Of a stretch of DNA of 64,000 bases, positions 31,607 to 41,041 are shown piece after piece; positions within the stretch are counted from its first letter, which is position 1; every line of letters begins with the position of its first letter. A program made the position numbers and the translations under genes. The notes beneath the pieces are model-generated. The model had not been told where the DNA came from and ran no database searches. It was given only the letters and a program-made list of their open reading frames with translations. This DNA comes from Verrucomicrobiota bacterium (GTDB lineage Bacteria > Verrucomicrobiota > Verrucomicrobiia > Limisphaerales > CANJSG01), in the NCBI GenBank assembly GCA_043775315.1, contig JAYVSO010000069.1, forward strand, positions 748 to 64,747, written 5' to 3'.

Positions 31607-33880
31607 ATGAACTCCCGACAACAAGTGAAGCCCCGGCTCAACTGGCTAGGCCTGTCGACGCTCCTCGCGCTGGTTCTGACCTTGATCCTGTGCGCCCCGT
31701 CGTCCGCTGCCGAAACCCGTGCCGCCGGCACCATCGAGATGGCCGCACTGCTGAAGGACGCCGCGGCGCGCAGCGACCCTCTCAAGAATCCCTTCCTCTC
31801 CCGCCAACGAATTCCGCTGCACCGCGCCGCTCTGGCTACCGCCACCGATCCTGCCGACCGAAAGCAAATCCAGTTCGATCTGGCGCTACAGTTGATGAAC
31901 TCCAACGGAGGCACGGAGGCGATCCAGCTTTTCCTCGAACTCGACAAACCCATCGAAAACGATCCGTCGCCCGACGCGAAGACCAACCGTTCGGTAATCG
32001 GCATTTGTGTGGCCGTTTGCTGGCTCCGGATCGGCGAACTGGAGAACTGCGTCACCAACCACACGACCGAATCCTGCCTCGCTCCGATCCGCGCCGGCGG
32101 CGTCCATAAGCTCACCCGCGGCTCGACCGAGGCGTCCAAAGTCCTGCTCGGCCTGTTGCAACGTGAGCCTGACAACCTGGCGGCGCGGTGGCTCTTGAAC
32201 ATCGCAGCCATGACGCTCGGCACTTATCCGGCCGGTGTGCCGGAACGCTGGCGCATTCCGGAATCGGCCTTCGCGTCCGGCTACGACATCGGCCGCTTCA
32301 CGGAGATCGCGGCAACGACCGGACTCGACGAGGAAAAGCTTTCCGGCGGAGCCATCGTGGAGGACTTCGACGGCGACGGCCTGCTCGACGTAGTCACCTC
32401 GTCCATCGGCTTCTCCGACCAACTCCGCTTCTATCGGAACAAGGGCGACGGCACGTTCGAAAACCGGACCGAAGCGGCGGGGCTCGTCGGACTCACGGGC
32501 GGGCTAAACATGATCCAGGCCGATTTCGACAACGACGGCCATCCCGACTTCCTCGTGCTGCGCGGCGGCTGGATGCGTTCCGAGGGCAAGTTCCCGAAAT
32601 CGCTCGTCCGCAATCGGGGCGACGGAACCTTCGAAGACGTCACGAAGAAGGCCGGGGTGCTTTCTTTTGCACCCTCTCAGACCGCGGTCTGGGCCGACTT
32701 CGACAACGACGGCTGGATCGATCTCTTCATCGGCAACGAATCCACCGGCAACGAAGTGAACCCCTGCCAGCTATTCCGGAACAACCACGACGGGACATTC
32801 ACGGACATCGCAGCCGCATCCGGAGTCGCCTTCACAGGATACGTGAAGGGCGTGGCCGCGGGCGACTTCAACAACGACGGCCGGACCGACATCTATCTCT
32901 CGATGCTCGGACGTGGAAATGTGCTCTTCCGCAACGAAGGCCCGGCCGGGACCAACGCCGCCGGCATACCAGTCCTGCGCTTCAACAGCATCGCCGGCGC
33001 CGCCCGCGTGGCCGAGCCGACGGACAGTTTTCCCACCTGGTTCTTCGACTACGACAACGACGGTTGGGACGACCTCTTCGTCAGCGGCTACCGGATCACC
33101 GACGTCGGCGACATCTGCGCCGATTACCTCGGCCTGCCGAACCGCGCCGAGAAAGCGCGGCTCTACCGCAACAACCACGACGGCACCTTCAAGGACGTCT
33201 CCCGCGAAACCGGCCTCTACCGTGTGCTTCACGCCATGGGCTCCAACTTTGGCGACCTCGACAACGACGGCTTCCTCGACTTCTACCTCGGCACGGGCGA
33301 CCCGGATCTTTCCACACTTATCCCGAACCGCATGTTCCGGAACGACGCCGGAAAACGCTTCCAGGACGTGACCACTTCGGGAGGCTTCGGCCACTTGCAG
33401 AAAGGCCACGCCGTCGTATTCGCCGACATCAACAATGACGGAACCGAGGACGTCTTCGAGAACATGGGCGGCGGTGTCAGCGGCGATGTCTACCGCAACG
33501 TCCTCTACAAAAATCCCGGAAGCACCAACCACTGGGTCACGCTCAAGCTCGAAGGCGTGAAGAGCAATCGCTCCGCCATCGGCGCCCGCGTCCATGTGGC
33601 CGTGAACACGTCTGAAGGTCCCCGCAGCATTCATCGGACGGTCAACTCCGGCGGAAGTTTCGGGGCGAACCCACTCCGCCGTGAAATCGGACTGGGCCAG
33701 GCCAAGTCGATTGATCGCGTGGAGATCCGTTGGCCGGCCTCGGGAACGACCCAGATCCTCACCAACATCTCGATGGATCGGTTCTATAAGGTGACCGAGG
33801 GCGCGACCTCGGCGGAAGCCACGCCCCTCAAGAGCTTCGACTACAAGTCGGCCTCGGCCGGAGCCCACCAACACCACTAG
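31607..33880 (+). CDS. CRTAC1 family protein (FG-GAP repeats plus ASPIC/UnbV domain)
   Basis: Repeated DFDNDG motifs, SNRSAIGARV, EIGLG...VEIRWP. Confidence 0.9.
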   Translation: MNSRQQVKPRLNWLGLSTLLALVLTLILCAPSSAAETRAAGTIEMAALLKDAAARSDPLKNPFLSRQRIPLHRAALATATDPADRKQIQFDLALQLMNSNGGTEAIQLFLELDKPIENDPSPDAKTNRSVIGICVAVCWLRIGELENCVTNHTTESCLAPIRAGGVHKLTRGSTEASKVLLGLLQREPDNLAARWLLNIAAMTLGTYPAGVPERWRIPESAFASGYDIGRFTEIAATTGLDEEKLSGGAIVEDFDGDGLLDVVTSSIGFSDQLRFYRNKGDGTFENRTEAAGLVGLTGGLNMIQADFDNDGHPDFLVLRGGWMRSEGKFPKSLVRNRGDGTFEDVTKKAGVLSFAPSQTAVWADFDNDGWIDLFIGNESTGNEVNPCQLFRNNHDGTFTDIAAASGVAFTGYVKGVAAGDFNNDGRTDIYLSMLGRGNVLFRNEGPAGTNAAGIPVLRFNSIAGAARVAEPTDSFPTWFFDYDNDGWDDLFVSGYRITDVGDICADYLGLPNRAEKARLYRNNHDGTFKDVSRETGLYRVLHAMGSNFGDLDNDGFLDFYLGTGDPDLSTLIPNRMFRNDAGKRFQDVTTSGGFGHLQKGHAVVFADINNDGTEDVFENMGGGVSGDVYRNVLYKNPGSTNHWVTLKLEGVKSNRSAIGARVHVAVNTSEGPRSIHRTVNSGGSFGANPLRREIGLGQAKSIDRVEIRWPASGTTQILTNISMDRFYKVTEGATSAEATPLKSFDYKSASAGAHQHH

Positions 33881-34111
33881 ATCGTCGAGGCCACCCCGAG
33901 CTCGTCGCAAGATGATCAGTTCCAGAATTTCGGACTGACCACTTGGTGGCACGCTGTGACCGCCGGATCGGCATCGGCCACCTGGGAACGTTTCATCGCG
34001 AGGGAAGATCAGTTGCTCTTCGGAGCTGGAGTCGAAGCGGCGGCCTTCTTCGCGATGTCGCGATCACGGTCGAAAGGATCCAGGCGGCCGATACTACAAA
34101 CAGCGTCCGCC

Positions 34112-35845
34112 TCAAAGGGCAGCTTCTCCCTTCTTCTTGCCGCCGGGGCCTCCCGGTCCTCGACGCTCGCCGTCGCCGCTGCCGGACCTCGTGTAGGTGA
34201 CCTTCAAGTCCGCGCTGTCGAGGACCAGCTCCTTGATCGCCGTTAGGAGCACATCACGGGTCACTTCGCGTTGCGGCCGGTCGAGCTTGGGCGCGGCGGA
34301 CAGCGCGTAGACATGGAGCGTGTAGGTCTTCAGGCCGGGGCCCTGCGAGTGGGGAGGCTCGTAGCCGAGCTGTCCCCTGAAGCCGGGTCCTACTTTGCCG
34401 ATGCCCTTCGCGTCTTTCGCAAGACCGGTCGTCTCGCCGGGAATGTCCCACATGGTCCAGTAACACTTCATGTCGTTGCCTGGCGCGAGGTGATCCATGA
34501 CGAGCGCATAACTCTTCGTGCCAACGGGTGCGCCCTTCCATTCGAGCGGAATGGTCGAGCCGTTGCCATCGCCGGTGAACTCGGCCGGCAAGGCACCGCC
34601 ATTGGTCACGGCGAAGCTTTGCAGAACGAAATTTCCGGAATGCTTCGCGGAAAGGATGAACGGCGTTGCTCCACCACCAGACTCACGAGCCGGACGGGCA
34701 TCCGCGCGGTCTCCGGGCGGACGATTTCCATCGGCGCCTTCGGGTCCAGGACGACGACCCTTCTTCTGGCCGCCGGAACCTTTCTGATCTCCTGGCGGCC
34801 GATTGCCGCCGCCGCCTTGGCGCGGCGAATAGGTCTCGGTCTTCACCTGGCCACGCCCGTCCACGAAGTCGAACTTTACGGACTTGTCGGCATTGACGAC
34901 GTAGTTGATCGAGCGGGTTTCACCGCTGACTTCATACTTCAGGCTGAAACTTTTGTTCTCCTTCGCGGTGAACCCCGTGATCTTGGCCCCACGCAACGGC
35001 GCGCCCGCCTCACGCACAGTCTGGGCCCGCGGCTGTGGATCGACCTGGCCTTCCTTCTCGACCACCACGCCATGGAATCCGCCCATGACGTAGGGATACT
35101 TCGTGCTGCCGTAGTAGGCGTATTGGCCATCAGCCCCGACCTTGCCGCGCAATGCGTCCAGCGACTTCTCATCGACCGGCTTTCCGTCCGGCCCGGTCGA
35201 ACCGTAGATCGGGTAACCGTCGAGCGCGTAGGCGATGGGCTTTCCCTTGCCGACGATTGTTTCGAGGTGAAATGGCGCGGCGTGGTAATGGTAGTCGTCC
35301 GCCCGTCCGCAGTGGCCGCCCCAATGATCGAGCTCGCCGATCTCCTGCGCGATTTCGCCCCGGTTGTTCTGCGGGTTGAAGATGGGAATTCCATTCACAG
35401 CCAGCGCGATGGCGCCGCGCAGGAACCGGCCCTTGATGGAGACGGGCGTCGCAGCCGGCACAGGACGGAGCGGAATGCGCCATGCGTTGCCGCCCGTGTA
35501 GGCCTGCGGCAACGGCACCTGCTGCTGCCACGCCGTGATGCCGATCATCATGCCGTGATCGGGCAAGCCATCGGACTCGACGAACAGGAACTGTCCATCC
35601 GTCCGTGTCCTGACTTTGCCGGGGAACGCGCCGAAGACGCCCTGGATCAAACTCGAAGGTGAGAGCGAACCAGACGCCGCTGGGACAGATGCCGCAGCCA
35701 TCAAACGAACCCGGGCCGTTTCCAAAGGATCGGGGCTCCCGTCGTGGAGGAATCCGCCATCATGCGATTCGTCGCCGATCATGTGGGCCTGGCAGAACCC
35801 GGCCAGAGCGAGGATCAACGCTCCCGTAGGAACAAGTAGTCTCAT
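34112..35845 (-). CDS. Secreted YHYH-domain protein fused to YbhB/YbcL (PEBP-like) domain
   Basis: GRADDYHYH, YALDGYPIYG; C-terminal PLEWKGAPVGTKSYALVMDH...YEPPHSQGPG...YTLHVYAL. Confidence 0.85.
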   Translation of the reverse strand: MRLLVPTGALILALAGFCQAHMIGDESHDGGFLHDGSPDPLETARVRLMAAASVPAASGSLSPSSLIQGVFGAFPGKVRTRTDGQFLFVESDGLPDHGMMIGITAWQQQVPLPQAYTGGNAWRIPLRPVPAATPVSIKGRFLRGAIALAVNGIPIFNPQNNRGEIAQEIGELDHWGGHCGRADDYHYHAAPFHLETIVGKGKPIAYALDGYPIYGSTGPDGKPVDEKSLDALRGKVGADGQYAYYGSTKYPYVMGGFHGVVVEKEGQVDPQPRAQTVREAGAPLRGAKITGFTAKENKSFSLKYEVSGETRSINYVVNADKSVKFDFVDGRGQVKTETYSPRQGGGGNRPPGDQKGSGGQKKGRRPGPEGADGNRPPGDRADARPARESGGGATPFILSAKHSGNFVLQSFAVTNGGALPAEFTGDGNGSTIPLEWKGAPVGTKSYALVMDHLAPGNDMKCYWTMWDIPGETTGLAKDAKGIGKVGPGFRGQLGYEPPHSQGPGLKTYTLHVYALSAAPKLDRPQREVTRDVLLTAIKELVLDSADLKVTYTRSGSGDGERRGPGGPGGKKKGEAAL

Positions 35846-35863
35846 GGTTTTCTCTTGTTTGGT

Positions 35864-36904
35864 TTATGGACGATCGGGACCGACTGCTCCGGGACCACCA
35901 GGGCGTCCGCCGCCTGGTCCGCCCGGAGGACCACCGCGCTTCCCGCCCTTCTTTCCCCCGGGAGGGCCGCCCTTGCGCAGAAATGTCGGATCCGGCACAC
36001 CGCGCCATTGCCGGGCGATGAAGGGGAACTCCGTCGTCAGGCAGTAGTAGTAGGTGCCTTGCGGATACTCCGGCGTGACGCCGGTGCGCCCGTTGAATTC
36101 GTCAAGGTCGCCGCTGCCTTTGATGAACTCGTAGTCCGCCGTGAACGCCCCGTCGAAACTGCCGCCGGGGCCGTCGGGGTTTCCGGGACGTTTCCCGGTC
36201 TTGAGGCGATAACTCGATTTGAGTTTCTTCACGCCGCTCGTCGCGCTGGAAGCATCCGAGTAGCCGTAGGAGGAATAGATCGGGTAGCCATCACCGGCCC
36301 AACCCACGAGAACCATCTTCTTCCCATCGTCACCCAAACGGTCCAGCAAGCCTTTCGGCAAGCCGTGGTAGTGATACGCGCCTGTCGGCTGGACATGGGC
36401 CAGATGCTGGTCGAGGCCGAGATTCATCGAGCCGCCGATCGCTTCATATCGCCAGTCGGGGCCCCACGATTCGGCGGTGCCGGCCTCGAAAGGAACTCCG
36501 TTCACCGCGATGCCGAACCAAGCAGGGCCGGTTCGCGTCGGGGCACCCGCGACGACCGGTTTTAGCGGAACCGCGAGCGAGTAGTTCTGCGCCGAGATGC
36601 GGTTGGGATTGCCGCGATTAGGAAACTGTCCGGGCGTGTGGTCGGGAATGCCGTTGGAGCGGATCACCCGTTTGTCGCCCTCGATGGTGACGCTGATCCG
36701 GTTCGAAGTTGCCGTCGCGGCTGTCGTCGCCACCACCGGGCCTGCCTGCGCCAACAGGCCGATCACGGGAAAATCCGGCTCAAGGGAGCCACCGTGGCCC
36801 TCGTGCGCCTGGATGGATCCCGCGGCGAAGAAGACGGCCGCCAATACGAAACGGAGGACCGTCGAGCACTCGCCTGGCGAAGGATTGAATCGATTCAGCT
36901 TCAT
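35864..36904 (-). CDS. Secreted YHYH-domain protein
   Basis: AHVQPTGAYHYHG, GWAGDGYPIY, GDLDEFNGR, Gly/Pro tail. Confidence 0.9.
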   Translation of the reverse strand: MKLNRFNPSPGECSTVLRFVLAAVFFAAGSIQAHEGHGGSLEPDFPVIGLLAQAGPVVATTAATATSNRISVTIEGDKRVIRSNGIPDHTPGQFPNRGNPNRISAQNYSLAVPLKPVVAGAPTRTGPAWFGIAVNGVPFEAGTAESWGPDWRYEAIGGSMNLGLDQHLAHVQPTGAYHYHGLPKGLLDRLGDDGKKMVLVGWAGDGYPIYSSYGYSDASSATSGVKKLKSSYRLKTGKRPGNPDGPGGSFDGAFTADYEFIKGSGDLDEFNGRTGVTPEYPQGTYYYCLTTEFPFIARQWRGVPDPTFLRKGGPPGGKKGGKRGGPPGGPGGGRPGGPGAVGPDRP

Positions 36905-36961
36905 GGCAGGAAGCTGCGGTGCCTGTGTTAAGGAATTATGTAGCTGCGGTAAAATACAGGA

Positions 36962-37315
36962 TCACGCGACAAATCGTTCCCATTCCTCCCGCTTGAAGCC
37001 CACCAACCCTCCATCCTTGGCCACCACGAACGGACGCTTCACCAGGTTCCCGTTCGCGGCGAGCAGGCCGAGCGCTTCGTCCTCGCCCATGGCATCGAGC
37101 TTCGGTCCAAGCCCGAGCGTTCGGTAGTCCAGCCCCGACGTGTTAAAAAGCCTTCGGATGTCACCGCCGTAGACGGCCAACATCCGCTTCAGCTCCGCCT
37201 TCGTCGGAGGCGTCTCGCGGATAGCGAGGACTTCGTGGGCAACCCTGTGTTCCTTCAGAAACTTGAGGGCGCTCTTGCAGGTGGAGCAGCCGGAGTAGGC
37301 GTAAACTTTGAGCAA
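36962..37315 (-). CDS. ArsC/Spx/MgsR family protein
   Basis: CSTCKSALKFL, FNTSG, NGNLVKRPF. Confidence 0.9.
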   Translation of the reverse strand: MLKVYAYSGCSTCKSALKFLKEHRVAHEVLAIRETPPTKAELKRMLAVYGGDIRRLFNTSGLDYRTLGLGPKLDAMGEDEALGLLAANGNLVKRPFVVAKDGGLVGFKREEWERFVA

Positions 37316-37330
37316 GGGAAGTGAGTGCGC

Positions 37331-38086
37331 TCAGTTGAACGACCGGTAGAGCGTGCGGATGCTCAGCCCGATGATAAGCAAGCCCACCAGGACCATGAAC
37401 GGCTTGTGAGGGACACGTTTGCAGGCCCATGCGCCGAACGGTGCCGCGAGCACGCCACCCTGGGCCAGTCCCACGATGATCTGCCAATGGGTCAGGCCGA
37501 GCGTGAGGATAAAAACGATGGACTAAGACAGGGTCACGAAGAACTCCACCGCATTGACGCTGCCGATGGCCTCGCGCATGGCGTTGCCGCGGGCGATGAG
37601 GTTGGATGCCACGATCGGTCCCCAGCCGCCGCCGCCGATGGCGTCGACCATCGCGCCGAAAAACGCGAGCGGCGCGAGATGGGTGGTCACCTCCTTGTTG
37701 CCGGGCTTGCGGAACGCCTTGCGGATGATGACCGCGCCCATGATCAACAGATAGCCGGCGATGTAGGGCTTGAGCTTGTCGCCGGGCAGCGAGGTCAAGA
37801 TGTAGGCGCCGATGGCCGCGCCGATGACGCCGGGGATGAGCAATCGTTTGAAGAGGGTTTTGCTGACGTTGCCGAAGGCGTGGTGCGACAGGGCGGACGC
37901 GCCGGTGGTGACGCATTCCGCCGCATGCACGGTGGCGCTGGCCGCCACGGGCGGCACGCCGGCACCGATGAGGATGCTGGTGGCGGTCACGCCGTAGGCC
38001 ATGCCCAGCGCGCCGTCGATCATCTGCGCGGCGAATCCGGCGAGGACGTAGTAGCCAAACTCGGCGGTAAAGAACTCCGCCGTCAT
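37331..38086 (-). pseudogene. TauE/SafE sulfite exporter family membrane protein with in-frame TAG
   Basis: DGALGMAYGVT, DAIGGGGWGP, GSVNAVEFFVT; TAG at 37523-37525, same frame continues SIVFILTLG...GGVLAAPFGA to TGA 37331. Confidence 0.85.
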
Positions 38087-39396
38087 ATCGCGAAGTCGTT
38101 ATACTCGGGCTTCACCGCTTCGAGCGGCGGCTGGAGCATGCCGGCGGCGACGGTGGCGTTGGTCCCCAGCTCAATGAGGATGAAGGAACCGGTCAGGCGG
38201 TTGGTGGTGTAGCCGTCGTAGATCAACGGCTTGGCGGTCTTGATGCGGATCTCGCCGATGTCGTTCAACGCGAGTTCGGCGGGCTCCGGCTGCACGTCGT
38301 AATTGTTGATGTTGATCCGGCTGTCGATGGACGTGACCACGGCCTGGACGGTCTGCGTGGCGTGCTTGAGGAAATACTTTTTCCCGCGCTGCAACGGACG
38401 CGGGTTCATCCAGCAGACCTTGGCGTGGAGTTCGGTGCCCATGCCCGGAAGCACATCCAGCCCGACGACCATGTCACCCCGGCTTATATCGAGGTCGTGC
38501 TCCAACTGGATCGTGACGCTCTGCGGGCAGAAGGCTTCCTGGAGTTTGCCGTCATAGGTCCATATCTCCTTCACCGTGCTCTTCATTCCGCTCGGGAGGA
38601 CCATGACTTTCTGGCCGACCTTGACGATCCCGCTTGCGACTTGGCCACTAAGGCCGCGGAAGTCGTGGAGCTCCTTGTTCGTCGGATTGTTCGGGCGGTT
38701 GACCCACTGCACGGGCAGGCGGAAGCCGTTCAGGTTCCAGTCGCTCGCGATGTGGACGGTCTCGAGGTGGCCGAGCAGGGTGGGGCCGACATACCAGGGC
38801 GTGTGCTTCGACGGCTCGACGACGTTGTCACCGTTGAGCGCGCTGAGGGGGATGAACTTCACGTCCTTGATGTCGAGCAGCGGGAGGAACTTCTCGAACT
38901 CGGCACGGATCTCCAGGTAGCGCTCCTCGCTCCAGTCCACAAGGTCCATCTTGTTGATGGCGATGACGAGGTGCGGAATGCGGAGCAATGACGCGATGTA
39001 GGTGTGGCGTCGGCTCTGCTCGATCACGCCCAGGCGCGCGTCCACCAGCACGATAGAGAGGTTCGCCGTGGAGGCGCCCGTGACCATGTTGCGGGTGTAT
39101 TGGACGTGCCCCGGGGTGTCCGCGACGATGAACTTCCGGCGCGGCGTGGCGAAGTAGCGGTAGGCGACGTCGATGGTGATGCCCTGCTCGCGTTCGGCGC
39201 GGAGGCCGTCGGTCAGGTTGGCGAGGTTGATCTGGCCGCCGCCGGTGATGTCGGCGGAACGTTGGAGCGCCTCGATCTGATCCTCCATGAGCGACTTCGA
39301 GTCGTAGAGAAGCCGGCCGATGAGGGTGGACTTGCCGTCGTCAACGCTGCCGCAGGTGTTGAAGCGGAGAAGTTCGATGGGGTGATTGGCGGTCAT
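38083..39396 (-). CDS. cysN: Sulfate adenylyltransferase subunit 1 (no fused APS kinase domain)
   Basis: LLRFNTCGSVDDGKSTLIGRLL, EREQGITIDVAYRYF, ADTPGH, NKMD. Confidence 0.97.
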   Translation of the reverse strand: MTANHPIELLRFNTCGSVDDGKSTLIGRLLYDSKSLMEDQIEALQRSADITGGGQINLANLTDGLRAEREQGITIDVAYRYFATPRRKFIVADTPGHVQYTRNMVTGASTANLSIVLVDARLGVIEQSRRHTYIASLLRIPHLVIAINKMDLVDWSEERYLEIRAEFEKFLPLLDIKDVKFIPLSALNGDNVVEPSKHTPWYVGPTLLGHLETVHIASDWNLNGFRLPVQWVNRPNNPTNKELHDFRGLSGQVASGIVKVGQKVMVLPSGMKSTVKEIWTYDGKLQEAFCPQSVTIQLEHDLDISRGDMVVGLDVLPGMGTELHAKVCWMNPRPLQRGKKYFLKHATQTVQAVVTSIDSRININNYDVQPEPAELALNDIGEIRIKTAKPLIYDGYTTNRLTGSFILIELGTNATVAAGMLQPPLEAVKPEYNDFAI

Positions 39397-39421
39397 GGTC
39401 GGAAAATGATTCGGCAATGGG

Positions 39422-40183
39422 CTAGCGTCTCTCGTCGCCCAACCTGGCGTGGCGCATCTGTTCGAGTTCGTTCTTCAAAGGTTTCCAATACACCTCGTCG
39501 GCGATTCGTTCTTGGCGCTCCTCTTCCGAGAGCAGGCGGGCAACTTCGGCTACGTTGCCGCTCAACGCAGCCGCGACGGCCGGACGTTTCGTGGACAACT
39601 CAACGGCAACAGCGCGGTTCCGGGCGGCATTCTCAACCAGCAGATCGGCTGTCCGCAGTTCATGGAGCCAAAAGGCGACGACTTCGGGCGAAGGCGTCTC
39701 GCGGTTGGCGAAGTAATGGACTTCAACCAACGCGCGGACCATCGGCCAGTCTTTGTCGCGCTGGGTTTTCTTGGCTTGGACCAGGTCGGGAAGAGAAAGC
39801 AGATCCCATTCGCAGCCCGTCTCGTCAGCCACGGTTGTGCGGCGTTCCCAAACCGCCTCGAAGGCGTCGACTCCGCGCATCTTGGACATCACGTCCACCC
39901 GCAGACCAGCCGCTTCGAGATGGTGGCAGCGGAAATGGATCGCGTGCCCTCGCTCCAAGAACCGGGCTTGAAATAGGGGAATCGCCACGACTTCTGCCTG
40001 AAGTTCAGCCAGCGCGGACTGGAGCCGTGCGAGATTGTCCGAATCCGCCAAAATGGCGAAATCCACGTCGCGGCTAAACTGGGCCGCGCCGTAGAACACG
40101 CAGGCCTGTCCGCCCATCAGCAGGGCGCGAACCTTGTGCGCCTGCATCGTGGAAAGGACTTTGCGTATCGGGTTCGGGATCAA
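39422..40183 (-). CDS. Nucleotidyltransferase-fold protein (TA-associated type)
   Basis: LLMGGQACVFYG...SRDVD motif, RVDVM, DLVQAKKTQRDKD. Confidence 0.8.
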   Translation of the reverse strand: MIPNPIRKVLSTMQAHKVRALLMGGQACVFYGAAQFSRDVDFAILADSDNLARLQSALAELQAEVVAIPLFQARFLERGHAIHFRCHHLEAAGLRVDVMSKMRGVDAFEAVWERRTTVADETGCEWDLLSLPDLVQAKKTQRDKDWPMVRALVEVHYFANRETPSPEVVAFWLHELRTADLLVENAARNRAVAVELSTKRPAVAAALSGNVAEVARLLSEEERQERIADEVYWKPLKNELEQMRHARLGDERR

Positions 40184-40304
40184 GCGAACCTCCGATCGAC
40201 AGATAGTGCACCCACAGCTTCTCCGTCTCGCGCAGACGCTCCAGCGGCGTGAGCCGATACCAGTCGGCCCACTCCCCAGACACGATGTCCTCGGGTTCGA
40301 TCAC
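40074..40304 (-). CDS. Small partner protein of the nucleotidyltransferase (putative antitoxin-like)
   Basis: WYRLTPLERL helix motif; overlaps NTase 5' end by 110 nt; start uncertain (GTG 40304 or TTG 40340). Confidence 0.6.
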   Translation of the reverse strand: MIEPEDIVSGEWADWYRLTPLERLRETEKLWVHYLSIGGSLDPEPDTQSPFHDAGAQGSRPADGRTGLRVLRRGPV

Positions 40305-40336
40305 AGGATGGATGGTGCGCCAGCATGGGTGGAACC

Positions 40337-40429
40337 TCAAGCCCGCCGGCCGATCAGCGTGGACTTGTCGTCGTCAACGCTGCCGCACGTGTTGAAGCGG
40401 AGAAGTTCGATGGGGTGGGAAGTCGTCAT
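40337..40429 (-). pseudogene. cysN: Truncated duplicate of the cysN 5' end (30 aa)
   Basis: MTTSHPIELLRFNTCGSVDDDKSTLIGRRA*; 40345-40417 matches 39312-39384 at 69 of 73 nt. Confidence 0.93.
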
Positions 40430-40968
40430 AGAATGTAATCTTCAGGATGGCGATGCATGTCCTCGAGGACGGGCATGAAGATGTCGTAGTTTTGCCGGGC
40501 CTCTTCAAAACGAGCATCGAACACGTCGACGGGACGGGACGCCGCTTCCAACTCCGGCTCGGTGGCATTTCCGTCTTCGAGCTCGGAAACCTTGGCGGAT
40601 ACCGACAATGAAAGCGGAACGAGTTGGTCGATCAGCGCGGCGGTTTTTGAGTCACCGAAACAGCGGAGAGCCTCGCCGGTGAGCCTGAGAATCTCCGCGT
40701 TCTCCTCCGGCGAATACTCCACGGCGACGGCCCGGATGCCGCCTTCGCCGCAAAGCGCCTCGAACCGGAAAACCAGGTAGTAAAAGCCCAGCTTGCGGGG
40801 GACTTTCTTCAGCATCGCCAGTTCCTGACTCAGATATCCGACGTCCGAATCCTCGCCCCAGGCTTCGATGCAATAGTTGTAGAGAACCATCTCGCCGTCA
40901 TAGAGATCGTCCAACTCGAGGCTCTCGACGAGCTCTCGGGTAATCTTCGGAGATGGAGTGGAATTCAT
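40426..40968 (-). CDS. Acidic hypothetical protein, DMP19/DUF4375-like
   Basis: FEALCGEGG, EALRCFG, HRHPEDY end resemble the DMP19 pattern; very acidic; ATGA overlap with cysN fragment. Confidence 0.6.
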   Translation of the reverse strand: MNSTPSPKITRELVESLELDDLYDGEMVLYNYCIEAWGEDSDVGYLSQELAMLKKVPRKLGFYYLVFRFEALCGEGGIRAVAVEYSPEENAEILRLTGEALRCFGDSKTAALIDQLVPLSLSVSAKVSELEDGNATEPELEAASRPVDVFDARFEEARQNYDIFMPVLEDMHRHPEDYIL

Positions 40969-41041
40969 GAGCGCCTATTCGGGGTGACGATCGGAGTTGA
41001 ACCTTGGAGAACCCGGGGTAATCCGTCCCGGGAAAACAGGC

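Noticed and set aside
40981-41010. Minus-strand GGTTCAACTCC resembling a tRNA T-loop or attachment-site fragment next to the inserted genes
   Set aside because: Only 2 bp of T-stem pair, there is no acceptor stem or CCA, and no second copy in the window.
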